From NCBI RefSeq assembly GCF_001447785.1, contig NW_015175991.1:120712-184711 (forward strand): a DNA stretch of 64,000 nucleotides, in the 5' to 3' direction. Below the pieces are notes generated by a model. It made no database searches. It was not told the DNA's origin and saw only the letters and a list, made by a program, of their open reading frames with translations. This document shows, one piece after another, positions 39,575-52,423 of the stretch; position 1 is the stretch's first letter, and every line of letters starts with the position of its first letter. The position numbers and the translations under genes are program-made. This DNA comes from Gekko japonicus. Lineage: Eukaryota.

Positions 39575-40787
39575 TGATTAACAGCTCTTAGAGGGGCAAT
39601 TCCCTGGGGTACTCAAGGAAGCGATGGTCCACCCTCTCTTGAAAAAGCCATCTTTAGACCCGGCCGAATTGACTAACTACCGGCCGGTCTCCAATTTTCC
39701 CTATTTGGGCAAGTTGATTGAGAGGGCGGTGGCGATACAGCTGCAGTTTCTCTCCTATCCAAGATGACGCTTCTGTGTTAGATCCCTTCCAGTCCGGCTT
39801 TCGCCCAGGTCATGGAATGGAGATGGTGCTGGTCGCTCTGACTGACGACCGCCGGAGGCATCTAGATCGAGGCGGAACGGCGGTGCTGTTGTTGTTAGAT
39901 CTGTCGGCCGCATTTGACACGGTTGACCATCAGCTACTAGTCCACTGCTTCGCCGACGTGGGGATTAGGGGGCTCGCCTTGCTGACATGGCTACAGTGAT
40001 CCACGCAATGGTTACCTCGAGACTAGACTACTGTATTGCTCTCTACATGGGGCTGCCTTTGCTGTGGATCTGGAAGCTGCAACTAGTGCAGAATGCCGTG
40101 GCCAGGCTGTTGATGGGTCTCCCTAGATGGGAGCACATCCAGCCTGTGCTGAGGACACTGCACTGGCTGCCAATAGTATACCGAATCCACTTCAAAGTGC
40201 TGGTTCTTACCTTTAAAGCTCTATATGGCCGGGGTCCAAAATACCTACGGGACCACCTTTCCCCATATATACCCCAGAGAACACTACAGTCTGGGTCTCA
40301 AAATCGGTTGACCCTCCCTGGCCCGAGGGAGGCCAGGCTAGCTGCTACTAGGGCCGGGGCCTTCTTGGTGGTGGTTCCTACCTGGTGGAACAAGCTCCCA
40401 AAGGAGATCAGGGCCCTGCGGGGCCTTTCACAGTTCTGCAGGGCCTGCAAGACGGAGCTCTTCCACCAGGCATATAACTAGGGGCCGCCGCCATCTTAGT
40501 GCACGGCCCGTAATGTTGACATCAGCAGCTGCCTCAAGAATGAGCAACATAACATTTAAACACTTATGTGGAATAACATCGAAGCACTTTATTTGAAAAC
40601 ATCTCATTTGTTTATTTTATCTGCTGCCAGTACTTTGTAACATTTGTAATGCAGTATTTTAATTCTTGTGGTTTAATTCTGTACTATTTATGCTTTTATT
40701 TTGTATTGTTGTATTGTTGTTGGAAGCCACCCTGAGCCTGCTTTGCAGGGAGAGCATAAATTTGATTATAAATAAATAAATAAATAA
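39575..40787 (+). mobile_element. L2 LINE fragment with an internal deletion
   Basis: NYRPVSN, LDPFQSGFRPGH, LLLLDLSAAFDTVDH joined directly to VTSRLDYC..LHWLP..KTELF; (TAAA)n tail. Confidence 0.9.
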
Positions 40788-41007
40788 TATGGATTCTAAA
40801 AGTATTTAACACCCAGTGTTTGAGATGCTAAGAGTGCTCTGCCAACACCATGGTTAGGTCTTGCCAGAGCACTCCTAATTTCCCCAACAAATCACACTCA
40901 ATGCATATAAAAGAACATCTTCATAAAACTTAAAATTCAACTAAGTGAAGAATTCTAATTTTGAATCTACAATTACTAACCTACATAGGCTATGATGCAA
41001 TACGTAC

Positions 41008-41091
41008 CTTAGGTGCATGTTCCAAATACTGTTTACCGGCAGACATTTGAGTCAGGAGACGAAATTTGTTGTCTTGGAGTACATAGATGCC
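41008..41091 (-). CDS. TRAPPC6B: TRAPPC6B exon 4
   Basis: GIYVLQDNKFRLLTQMSAGKQYLEHAPK; canonical splice sites. Confidence 0.96.
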
Positions 41092-42216
41092 CTGCAGAAA
41101 TGAATAACTATCTCCATTTCAGACAGAAGACAAGAATACTAACATCCCAATCCAGCTAGAAATCATATACATATGGACCACACCCCTAGCTGGATGGAGG
41201 AATTGAGTGTACACAACAGATTCCGTACACTGATTTCTCTAGCCAGTCCAACACATCTGTACATGCATGCCTCTGTCAAACTACATGTGACTGTCACCTT
41301 AAACTCCCCCCACCCATCCAAGACAGACCATCCTCAGAATTTTTAACTTCATTTTATTACTACTTTTAAAACTTACACAGTTCAGGCAAAAAACTGTATA
41401 ATCACTACCATTTTTTTAAAAAAAGTGATAGCGGATATAATTAATTTAACATTTGCATGGGTTATGTGAAGAGATTTTAACCCATCAATGACTGCCATTT
41501 TATCTTTGTTTCATATTTATCCTTCAGTTATTCTAAACAATCCATAAATTGTTGCCAGGTTGATTTAGAACTGCATTTTTCACTGCATGTAATTCTTCCT
41601 TGAATTGTAAGAGCCTCAGTCTATTCTGTTTTACATGCTTGCTTTGCTTTCCAATGTTGTAAGTCTAACAACTGGGATACAAGTACTATTCTTGCAATGT
41701 AATACTTGTTTTCTTTGAAAACATCCAGATAACTGGAATACAACTCCACATACATTGCTCTGAAGAAAGAATCCAACTATATGACAGAAAAAACATGAGG
41801 TTCAGTTCTTGCCAGATAAGATGGGGTCCAATGTTTGAACATTCCCAGTTTACTTTAAAAAAAAAAAAACTCTCTCAGTACATAGAAAATTAGAATGTGA
41901 GAAAGAACAACCTGTATGTAACATGTCTATGTTCTATGTGTTTTGATGGGATCAAAATTATTTTCATTTCCTCACCTACAGGAGGAAGTGGCCTAATCCA
42001 GCAAGAGTTCTGTAACATGATTTTGCTGAAAGCATTATCTCTGCTTTATGTCTCTGCTTTAAGTCAACTCCGTGTAGGATAAGAGTTAAAATCAATATAT
42101 TTATGTTTCAAGTTCAGTCAGGTATATGTAATCACAGCTTTTTATTTTCAAGCTTAGTACTGATATGCAACATGTCCAGCTGCACTACAAATTCCATATT
42201 CTTACAATATTAATAC

Positions 42217-42334
42217 CTGATGGTTGGTTCTGAGGTTATCAATTTGCTTTTTGAATACAGTAGTCCAAAAATCTTTGCAAATAAACTTCATAATATCTAA
42301 TTCATCCTTGAATCTGGCAGTATCTTTGGTAAAC
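42217..42334 (-). CDS. TRAPPC6B: TRAPPC6B exon 3
   Basis: [39 protein letters not shown]; canonical splice sites. Confidence 0.97.
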
Positions 42335-42908
42335 CTAAGAGAAATGAATTCAGAGTAGAGATATTTGTTTAATTATCTTGAAGAAGCTGTCAAATACAAT
42401 AATGTGTTTTGGTAACAAAATATGCGCTTGACCTTAACAGACATTTTCACTGACAGAAGCAGTTTCCATTAGCATGTCATGAATTTGTCACCACCCCCTG
42501 AAATGCTGTTCCTGAGACACAGGTAACACCCCACCCACCACTCCAGGAACAGCATGACCATGGATCAGGAGGTCTGATGCAGAAGAAGAAGCCGGTGAAA
42601 GCTGAGCCCCTCCTTTCCATCCCATTCATTGGATCCAGTCCTATGTGTAGAAGAAATTCATGTGGCTTTCTTAAAAAGCATGGGTACAATCCAGACAGCA
42701 TTAAACACACTGATTTCATGGGGAGATAACTGATTGTTTAAATTCACCCATGACAATCTAAGGGACCTGAAAAATACAACCCTATAGTTACTACAGCGAC
42801 TTCATTGTTTTTTACCCATACACAATATAATAACAGCTGTGCTGATATCAACTGTTCAACAAAACTCAATTATATTAAATAGTTTTCTCTTTCACTGTTG
42901 TCTTACTA

Positions 42909-43215
42909 CAGTGATCCCCAACATGGTGCCCACTGATGTGTTTCCTGGTGCCCACTTGCTTTTTCCCCAAAGCAAAAGCCCAGTCCTGGCTTTCATCCAT
43001 TTCACTGGAGTAGGATGTACTTCAGAAAAGTCCAGGACAAATCTTTTTGGAAACTACTACCTCTGTCATAAGAGGATGCTTCCAAGTATTCTGTGGAACA
43101 TTCCAGTGTTCTCAGAGTGAACCCAACCCACCTGGCAGCCATTTTGCTGTGGTAACAGTTACCTGGTCTCAGAATTCAATACATGCTCACAGGTGGAACA
43201 AAGTTGGAGACCCCA
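42909..43215. mobile_element. Decayed hAT-like MITE
   Basis: Termini CAGTGATCCCCAAC / GTTGGAGACCCC; no clear TSD. Confidence 0.45.
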
Positions 43216-43881
43216 TCTTAGACAATCAAACAAATAGTTTAACTGCAAAGAGTCTAAATATGAACACAACTTTATGGAGAGTTCAGTTAATAAATAAAAT
43301 CATGCACTTTAAACTTCAGAAATGAAAACACCCCAACATTGTTCAAAGTCTTCAGAATAAGATGTAGGTACCACATAAAAGGGAAAATCAATCTGAATAG
43401 GAAAACTGGAGGACATTCACAATGAGAGCTCCAGCAGATTTCAAAAACAATTAAAAACAGTCATTAGAATAGGAATGTTCAACATCTTCAAACACAGGGT
43501 CAACATTTATCCCCAAACTGCAACATGGGACCTGTTCTGTTTCATATCAGTTTCTCTCCTATGTTTAAAAAATGTAAAGCAAAGAAAATGGTCCATGTGC
43601 TACTGATGCAACCAGTCTTTGGTGCAAGCCAGCTGTGTGAGTGACAACCCACCAACCGAACACCAATATATTGTCTCACCAGTTTTCTACTACAAGTGAA
43701 TACTATTTCACAATAACACACCAAGCTGCTGGAAGCTGATATGTCTATTCCTGTGCTTTTCTTGCTATACAAAGTACACAGCGTCTTTCAAAAGCTGTCC
43801 TCATGCCACTCCTAAAAAGATATATAGAACCAGGTGGAATATTTAAAGTCAAGCGATGTATCAAAAAGAGGTTCTACTCAC

Positions 43882-43949
43882 CTTTCTATTAACCCTTGTC
43901 CTACTCTAAATCCCATGTTTTCCAGTTTTGTGATGCATCGTCCATTTTC
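43882..43949 (-). CDS. TRAPPC6B: TRAPPC6B exon 2
   Basis: ENGRCITKLENMGFRVGQGLIER; canonical splice sites. Confidence 0.96.
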
Positions 43950-44319
43950 CTGAAAGCACAAAAATTGCAATCCTGTAGCAAATCTACATAAAAGAATTTT
44001 AACTATTTCTCACATTTCAATCATGCCCTTCCTCCAAGGAGCTGAGGGTAGCATACATGTTATCCTCAAAACAATCCTGAGGTCAGACTGTGAGAGTGAG
44101 TGGTACAATATCACTATGTGACCTGCAGGACCCAATGGACATTTGAACCCAGGTCTCCCCACTGTTGCAGCACAATCCCAAGCAAAGTTTATTTACTTCA
44201 TTTATACGAGCCACACCCTCCTAAATCCACTGAAGTCAACAGGCTTAGAAGGATGTAACTCTGTTTAAGATTGCATTGATAGTCTCTTGCCACATCAGGT
44301 TTGCAAGTTAGGGCCTGAG

Positions 44320-44830
44320 AGGTATAGCTGGAAGTAGAACATCTGACTAGGATCTGGGAGAATCAGGTTCAAATCCCTATTCTACCAGGGAGATTGCTGG
44401 TTGAAGAAGAGAAGAAGATATTGGATTTATACCCCACCCTTCACTAGCCAAAGAGGCCTCCAAGCAGCTTACAATCCCTTTCCCTTCCCCTCCCCACAAC
44501 AGAAACCCTGTGAGGTAAGTGTGGCTGAGAAAGCTCTCTCAAGAACTGCCCTCGAGAGAACAGCTCTGAAAGAACTTATGACTGACCCAAGGTCACACCA
44601 GCAGCTGCATGTGGAGAAGTGGGGAATCAAACCCGGTTCTCCCAGATTGGAGTCCACACTCTTAACCACTACACCAAACTGGCTCTCTTGAACCTGTCAC
44701 ACAAACTAACTTGGATCTGTCACATAAACTCAGCCTAATGTACCTCACAGGGTTGTTGTGAGGATAAAATGGAAGAGAGGAAAATGATGTAAGCTGCTTT
44801 TGGTCCCCACTGGAGAGAAAGGCCAGGTAT
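44320..44830. mobile_element. Nested SINEs: a younger copy (44402-44687, -) inside an older + strand SINE
   Basis: The inner copy is nearly the reverse complement of 47049-47312 and has a (CTT)n tail; the outer SINE head (44320-44400) resumes at ~44690. Confidence 0.8.
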
Positions 44831-45479
44831 AAATGAAGTAAATAAATAAGATGTAAACACTAGTTGCCTTTAACACTTTACATGGAAGAAACAGAACTCT
44901 GGTAAAGGTCTTTCCAAAACAATGAGCATAACCAAGCTCTTTTCTTACTCTTTTCTAGAACCAATGGGCCTAGAACCAACAGTTACCAACCTACTTATTG
45001 AAAAGTCATGATCTTCATCTCCATGGGCAGAGGAGGATTCTCAAAAAGCAACAACCCTAAAAAGGTAGTTTCTGTCATTCAGGTTACAGCCTGCTACGAA
45101 AAGACAAGCAACGATCATGGGGCATTACAGCTCAGCATACTAGCAGACTTGATGAAACAAATCCATGGCTTTATAAAAGGATAACAAATAAATAAGACCC
45201 GTTGATTAAACTACCAAAAGTGACGCCCAGTTAAATCAATGGAGCTTGTTAACAACTAGCTCGCCAACAGAGCAATCCGGTGCAGAGTTATCCAGTCTCA
45301 GCTCACTGAAACCAATGGACTTAGATCAGAATAACTCTAAGCAGGACAAGCCTCTCTATCCCCCACTTAAGAGGAGGGGAGGGAGAGAGACTCCTGTGTC
45401 ACCCCTACTCATTTGCCAGTAAGGCAGCCTGGGCACTGAATGCGAGGTCTACCCAACCTGTTCATGCAGCAAAGCCAGA

Positions 45480-46240
45480 AAAACGGGGCAACCGGAAAAC
45501 TACGGTTTCCACGGCGTGAGGCGGGTGACGGTGAAGCGTTTAAGAGATATCCGTTGCGTTTATAAACGTTTGTGGATTCTGAGTCCAATGGAGGACTCCT
45601 CCGCCCCGTCCCGAGGGCCATCCGAACTGAAGCGAAAGGTCCTGTAGCGCCTTAAAGCCGGGGGGGGACGGGGGGACGGACCTGGGAGCTCTATGCCGCA
45701 ACCGCGCTTCGTGTCTTTACGGTACCACCGTCTGCAGCTCACAGCCAGGCCAGCCTGGAGTCACTACAGCCTCCCTCCCCCCGGCTTTCAACCGGGAAGC
45801 GCCGGTCTCCTTCGCAGGAGCGGCGGGTCTCAGCCCTTCACTCACCCCGTCGCCTTGCTCCGCGGCGCGGTACAGCCCAGAAACCATCTCGTTGTGCAGC
45901 AATAGGAAGAGCGCCTCGTCCGCCATCTCCGACTTGTTCATGGTGGCCCCCTTCCCGGTTGGAGAGGCAGCCCCGAGGGCTCCTCTCGCACACACCCTCC
46001 GGCAAGGCCAACCAGGCCCTCCCTCCTCAGAGCTGCTGGCGGAACTGTCACCACAACCGCCGCCGGCTCCCGGGGCGGGGTTTCTAGAAGTCCCCGCCTC
46101 AGTTAGCTCGAGCTCCCGGGGAGTAGGAGGACTGGAAGGCTGCCTGGCTACTGAGAAGAGAGAGAGCTAGGCGTAGGATGAAGTCTTACGGGTGGTTTCG
46201 GGGCGCAAGTTTGGGAGTTCTCTCTTGGGCGGCTCGGTCC
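45480..46240. promoter_or_regulatory. CpG island/promoter of TRAPPC6B
   Basis: High GC and CpG around exon 1; GC boxes ggggcgggg (~46072) and ccccgcc (~46092). Confidence 0.8.
45846..45926 (-). CDS. TRAPPC6B: Trafficking protein particle complex subunit 6B, exon 1
   Basis: MADEALFLLLHNEMVSGLYRAAEQGDG|GTgagt; 6 exons total 477 nt = 158 aa + stop; an in-frame upstream ATG lies at 45941. Confidence 0.96.
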
Positions 46241-46614
46241 TTTGCATGTTCACCAGACTCTCAAGGAAATATGCAGATGATTTGCAGCCTTGCTGCAAAT
46301 CCTGTAGCTTTCTATGACTTTGGTATCGCGAGATAGTGCGTGTATTGGTGAGAACTGCCGCACTTTTGGGAAGCTCTTTAAATGCTTGGAAAGATCTACA
46401 TACATACAATGTATTGTTGTTATTGCATAGTCACGAATTAAGGGGAAACTTAAGTAGCTGCCATTTCATAATTTTTATCTCCTCCGTTCATATCCCAAAT
46501 GGACTTTGGATACTGGAGCACACCAGAGAATTTCAGAAGAAAATCAATTTGTGTTTCATACATTACAGCAAAATTCTCACTGTGTGGATCATGAAAACCT
46601 ATGGTTGGTTTTAA

Positions 46615-47502
46615 AATAAATGGGTGTGCCACAATATCTGTTTGTTTCAATGCACAACCTGTACTCTGGAAAAGAAGCTACAGTTAGGACAGAATATGGA
46701 GAAACAGAATGGTTTCCAATTAGCAAAGGTGCCAGACAAGGATTTTATCTCCCTGTCTCTTCAATCTATATGTAGAACATATCGTAAAGAAAGTTCACCT
46801 TTAGATGAAGGTGGAGTGAAAATTGGTGGAAGGAACATTAACAATTCGAGATACACAGATGATACCACATTAGTCACAGAAAATAGTGAAGACTTGAAAC
46901 AACTACTGCAGAAGGTTAAAGCAGAAAGTGCCAGAGCAGGAGTACAGTAGAACATCAAGAAGACAAAAGTAATGAATACTAGGGAGTTACACAACTTTAA
47001 GGCTGAGAATTAAGAAATTGAAATTCAGGATCTTCTATTCCTTGGCTCCAGTTTGGTGTAGTGGTTAAGAGCATGGACTCTAATCTGAGAGAACTGGGTA
47101 TGATTCCCCACTTCTCCACATGCAGCTGCTGGTGTGACCTTGTGTCAGTCATAAGTTCTTTCAGAGCTGTTCTCTCAAGGGAAGTTCTTGAGAGAGCTCC
47201 CTCAGCCTTACCTACCTCACAGGGTGTCTGTTGTGGGAAGAGGAAGGTAAACTGCTCTGAGACTTCATCCAGTAGTGGGCGGGGTATAAATCCAATCTCT
47301 TTTTCTCTTCTTCCATCCTCAACCAAAAGGGAGACTGCAGTGAAGCAATCAGAAGAAGGGAAGGGCAGCCAAAGCTAGAAAAAATTCTTAAGTATAAGGA
47401 TGTGTTGCTGGCAACCAAGATTGTTAATTCATGCCATAGTATTCCATGGTATTATATATGGGTGTGAAAGTTGGAAAGTCAAGAAAACTGACAGGAAGAA
47501 AA
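46615..47502 (+). mobile_element. RTE/BovB LINE fragment, left part
   Basis: GVKIGGRNINNSRYTDDTTL..ENSEDLKQLL.KVK.ES..AG, and YGCESW; interrupted by a SINE and by the L1. Confidence 0.88.
47049..47312 (+). mobile_element. tRNA-derived squamate SINE (Squam3-like) inserted in the BovB
   Basis: cagtttggtgtagtggttaagag head, gattccccacttctccacatgcagctgctgg body, pyrimidine (CTT) tail. Confidence 0.82.
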
Positions 47503-47681
47503 AAAATATTTTTTTTAAATTTTCTAAAAACTACAAGAAAATAGGGAAGAGGGGACTATAAACTATGGGAGAAAGTAAAGATAAACCACTAAAACTCAAG
47601 AGGTGGGGGTCATATAATGCTTACAATAAAATAGCTTTGAATAAGAAAAGAGTAATTTGTTACATTGTAGGTGATCATTCA

Positions 47682-47912
47682 GGAGCTGCAGTGGCTCAAG
47701 TGGTTAAGACGCTGAACTGCAGGCTGTGGAAGGTCAGTAGTTCAGTGGTTCAAGACCCGGGTGCCGCAAGACAGGGTGAGCTCCTGTCTCTAGTTCCAGC
47801 TTCTGCCAACCTAGCAGTTCAAAAGCAAGAAATTGCAAGTAGATAAATAGGGACCACTTCGGTGGGAAGGTAACAGCGTTCCGTGCACCTTGGTGTTTAG
47901 TCATGCCGGCCA
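47682..47912 (+). mobile_element. Sauria SINE inserted in the L1 3' region, cut off by the assembly gap
   Basis: Close match to 24013-24342. Confidence 0.88.
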
Positions 47913-48331
47913 NNNNNNNNNNNNNNNNNNNNNNNNNNNNNNNNNNNNNNNNNNNNNNNNNNNNNNNNNNNNNNNNNNNNNNNNNNNNNNNNNNNNNNNN
48001 NNNNNNNNNNNNNNNNNNNNNNNNNNNNNNNNNNNNNNNNNNNNNNNNNNNNNNNNNNNNNNNNNNNNNNNNNNNNNNNNNNNNNNNNNNNNNNNNNNNN
48101 NNNNNNNNNNNNNNNNNNNNNNNNNNNNNNNNNNNNNNNNNNNNNNNNNNNNNNNNNNNNNNNNNNNNNNNNNNNNNNNNNNNNNNNNNNNNNNNNNNNN
48201 NNNNNNNNNNNNNNNNNNNNNNNNNNNNNNNNNNNNNNNNNNNNNNNNNNNNNNNNNNNNNNNNNNNNNNNNNNNNNNNNNNNNNNNNNNNNNNNNNNNN
48301 NNNNNNNNNNNNNNNNNNNNNNNNNNNNNNN
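47913..48331. other. Assembly gap
   Basis: Run of N. Confidence 1.
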
Positions 48332-51300
48332 TTTTTTGTGTACAGATGCACGCCAAGTCTCCAGAAAAATGGAATCCAAGCTACAGGGTAAGTCTATATC
48401 CATTATCATTAACACCTGTTGTATGATCTGGGCCCAAAAATATTTGTGGGCAATTCCACTAGCAATGAGCAAAGTCTGCAACAGCTCCACACTTTTCCCA
48501 GCATTTATTAGAGATTTTGGGGTTTATTTTGTGTAAGACTACCGGGGTCATATACCACCTGTTCAGTATTTTGAATGAAGTGAATCTATTACTAAATATG
48601 TTCAACGTGTTACTGGGAGACGACCAAATTAGGTTCCAGTCTTCTTCAGTAATCATTTTTTGACAGTCTAATTCCCATTGACACTGGGATTTGAGACTAG
48701 TAATCCTATTCCCTCTCAATAGCAATTTGTACAGTTTACCTATCATACCTTTTATTTTTCCGTCCGAGTTTTTAAGGATTAGTTCAAATTTGTTAAGTGG
48801 TTTAGAGAATATTGACTTTCTGTATAACTTGGTTAGGACATTTTAAAGTTGCAAGTATTGAAACCAAAAGATTTTCCCATTTCGTTTATTTTCCATTTCT
48901 TGTTTACTCAGAGGGGCCCCATTATTCATTAAATCTATTAAGTGCACTATTCCTGCCTCTTTCCATGTCTGAAATGCATTTTCCTCTTGACTTGTTGGGA
49001 ACTAGTCCTGACTGAGAAAAGTGGAGAGCTGTGAGATTGGTGGTAAGAGCGTTTTCTTATGTGACTCCCAAATTTCCAAGGCCAACTTGAGAAACCAGTT
49101 ATGCAGATTCGCAGCTTGATTTTTATTGTTGTTTCTCCAGTATCGTTCTGAGAGGGAGATAGGCTGAGTTATTATTTCTTGTATTTGTTCCCAGCTAGTT
49201 TTGGTCTCATTAGTTAAGACCCATACTACGTTCGTAAGGTTAGCTGCAACATAATATTTATATAGGTCTAAGAAGTCTAAGCCTCCCCTCCTCGTTTTCC
49301 GCATGAGGGTATTAAATTTGACTCGTGGCTTTTTATAGCCCCAGAAGAAGTCATTTCCTGATTTCCATGTGTGGGATAGATGATGGAATTGCTCTGAACA
49401 GGAAAAAGAATTTAGGGAGAACAAAGCTTTTCAGTAAGCTTATCCACCCACAAAAATCCCAACTTGTGCCATTCTTTTAAACGTGCGCTTAAGTCCTTAA
49501 ACAGAGGTTGATGGTTCACTTTAACTAAGTCCTCGAGATCCCTCGGAATTTGGATTCCTAAACACCTCCAGTGGGTAGTCACCCAGTCAAAAGGAAGTTT
49601 TCACAGTTTCTTTTCCTCTGAGTCCGATATTAAGATAGAGGCAATTTTGGTTCCGGATAGATTTACCTTCAGACCTGTTAAGTGCTGAAAGTTCTGAAAT
49701 ACTTCTTGTAGCTTCAAAAACGAGGAATTTGGGTTAGAGAAATATATTATGAGGTCGTCAGCATAAAGGCTAATGGTATGCATTTGTTGTCCAATTTTAA
49801 TACTGGCAACCAGCAACCAGCCTGATTGCATTTGCTAATGGCTCTATTGCTAATGCAAATAGAATAGGTGACAATGGGCACCCTTGTCTGGTGCCTCTAT
49901 TCAACATTATTGGTCTGCTTAGAATGCTATTGATACGGATCCTAGCAAAGGATTTAGAATATACTGCTTTTATCGCATTTAGAAAATAACCCCCAAAGTT
50001 CATTGTCTTTAAGACTTGATGTAGGTAAGTAACTTCCACACTGTCAAAGGCTTTCTCTAAGTCAACCATGAGGATGATGGATTCCAGTTCTGTTCGTTTA
50101 CAATGAGATATTATGTTTAACGTTCTGTGAATGTTGTCTGTCATGTTTCTATTTGGAATAAAGCCTGTCTGGTTAGGATTGATATATACTGCTATAATTT
50201 TCTGTAAACTTTTAGCCAATACTGTCGGAAATATTTTAGCATCACAGTTTAGTCTGTATGAGCCAGGCGATTCTTTATCCTTATCTTCCTTTGTGATAGT
50301 GACAATATGAGATTGACCCCATGACAGTGGCTTGTCCCCTTTGAGCAGTATAGCACTGCAGACTCTAGCCAGAGACTCCGCTATGTCGAGGCTGAAGATT
50401 TTAAAAAATGCAGGGGTAAACCCATCACACACACACGTGCCGTGTTGGACTTGAGGTGTTTAATGGCATCCATGATTTCTTTCGAGGTGATGGTAGAGTC
50501 TAAAAATTGTTTATGTTCAGGTGAAAGTTCTTTGCACAGGTTTTTTCCCACCAGTAAATTCTGAATATCTTTTCCTGGAGGCTCATTCGATGTATATAAT
50601 TTCTGGTAAAAATCTGCAAAGCAGTTGACAGTTTGGTTTTGGTCAGTGTACCTTTGATGTTTTGAGTCTCGGATAGAGAAAATTCTGTGTTCAGAAATTT
50701 TCCTGTTAACTCTCCATTTTAAAATCTTTAGGTTTTGGGGACTTTTCTGCCAAAACTGTTCTTTCAAGAACAGTATATTCTTTTGGATCTTAGTTGTTTC
50801 TATGGTTTCTAGAATTCTGCGCTCGGCTAATAACTCTTTGTAGGTACTTTTGTTTCCCGTCCTTTTGTGTAGTGTTTCCAGCGTTTGAATTTTCTGAAGT
50901 AATGTATTTGTGCCTCTCTCTCTTTCTTTACTCTAGACGCTAGCGCTATCGACCTCCCTCTGGTTACCACTTTGAAGGCTTCCCACAGCGTGAACACATC
51001 TACCTCTCTATTATCATTTTCTTTGAAGTAATTGACTATTGTTGTTTTCTTCCTTACAAGTGTCTCTTAATAAAATGGAATTATTCAGTCTCCACACATT
51101 GCTTCTAAGTGTCCTTTCTTTTTTGCACAATTTACATTCTATGTACGCGTGGTCAGACCACATGAAAGAGCCTATGACTGCGTCCTTGACTCTATTCATT
51201 AAGGTGTCTGACACTAGGATGTAGTCTATACGCGTGTATACCTGATGTCTTGGTGAAAAGTAAGAGTAATCCCTTTCCCCCAGGTGAGTTTCTCTCCACA

Positions 51301-51810
51301 CATCCCGCAGCCGGTCTTTCAGTGCTGTGTATAATTTCTTGACGTTTTGATTTGGTGTTTTTCCTGGTTCTGTCCAGGTAATTGTCTACTATCATGTTAA
51401 AGTCCCCGCCTATAATTACCACACCTTTCTGGAAACTGCAGAGTTTGTTTAGAGTTTCCTCAATGAATTGTATTTGCTGTTTATTCGGGGCATAGATTGA
51501 AGCCAAAGTCAATGGCTCAGAGTCTACCAAACCCTGTACAAACAAGGGGTCTGCTGCTACTCATTCACATTTAAAATGCACCGAATTTGCTAACAGAATT
51601 GCCACTGCCCTTGCTTTGCTAGAGCCAGCAGCATAAAATTGCTGGTCAAACCACTTTGTTTTAAACACCAGATTCTCCGTAGCACATAAATGTGTTTCTT
51701 GGCAGAATAGAATTTTCGGATGAGATTTCAAAATAAAGGAAGTCACCCTTTTGCACTTGATACAGTTGTTAACACCTTGAACATTAATCGATCTTATTCT
51801 ATATACATCC
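48332..51810 (-). pseudogene. L1 ORF2 (APE endonuclease, reverse transcriptase, Cys-rich region), disrupted
   Basis: SINVQG, CQETHL, SIYAPN, GGDFN, TRIDYILVS, WSDHA; NQTGFIPNR, DLEKAFDSV, RGTRQGCPLSPILF, LYADDL; KILNRWYMTP..CWEKCG; frameshifts and stops. Confidence 0.92.
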
Positions 51811-52423
51811 AGTATTTTATAGTTTTTACTCTTTAAAAGTATTTCCACCGCAGAAATCCTTCCTCAAGAGCAGTGGGCTGAGACCAAGCTCAGAACAATT
51901 ACCCCTGTTCCCTAATTATGTTCACACTTACCCACTAACTTAACAACCCTACCTAAAGTTAAAGTTCTGCAAATAACTAACCACTAAGCACTTTTAATCC
52001 AACTCAAAGAAACAAAAACAAAAACTAATCCTATCCTTAACGTACACCTAACCACTAACTATATAAAGAACTGTCAAGCAGAACTGACACTCTTCCAAAG
52101 CGCTAGAGAGTGCCCCCTCCCCCCTCCCTTCCCCCCCAAAAAAACCAAGATAGGAGTTACTGGATACCTTTGTCAGCAACACGCCAACCTTTCCCTTCTA
52201 ACTAGAGAGGAAAAGGATCACAGCTCACTGCTGCTGCAGTGAGACTCCCTACACCACTGGGGACCAAGAATCAACTGTCTTTTCCCATCCCAAACCCTCC
52301 CCCCTTGAAGCTTAGCCAAAAAACATAACACATAAAAACAGCATTAGTTAAAAAACAAACTGCGATCATCAGGTCGAAAGATAAAGGTTCCCAAAAGCAT
52401 GCTGCCTCTCTTCTCTAGAACAG

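Noticed and set aside
47734-48490. Long ORFs containing X runs (also 54983-55318)
   Set aside because: Artefacts of assembly gaps.
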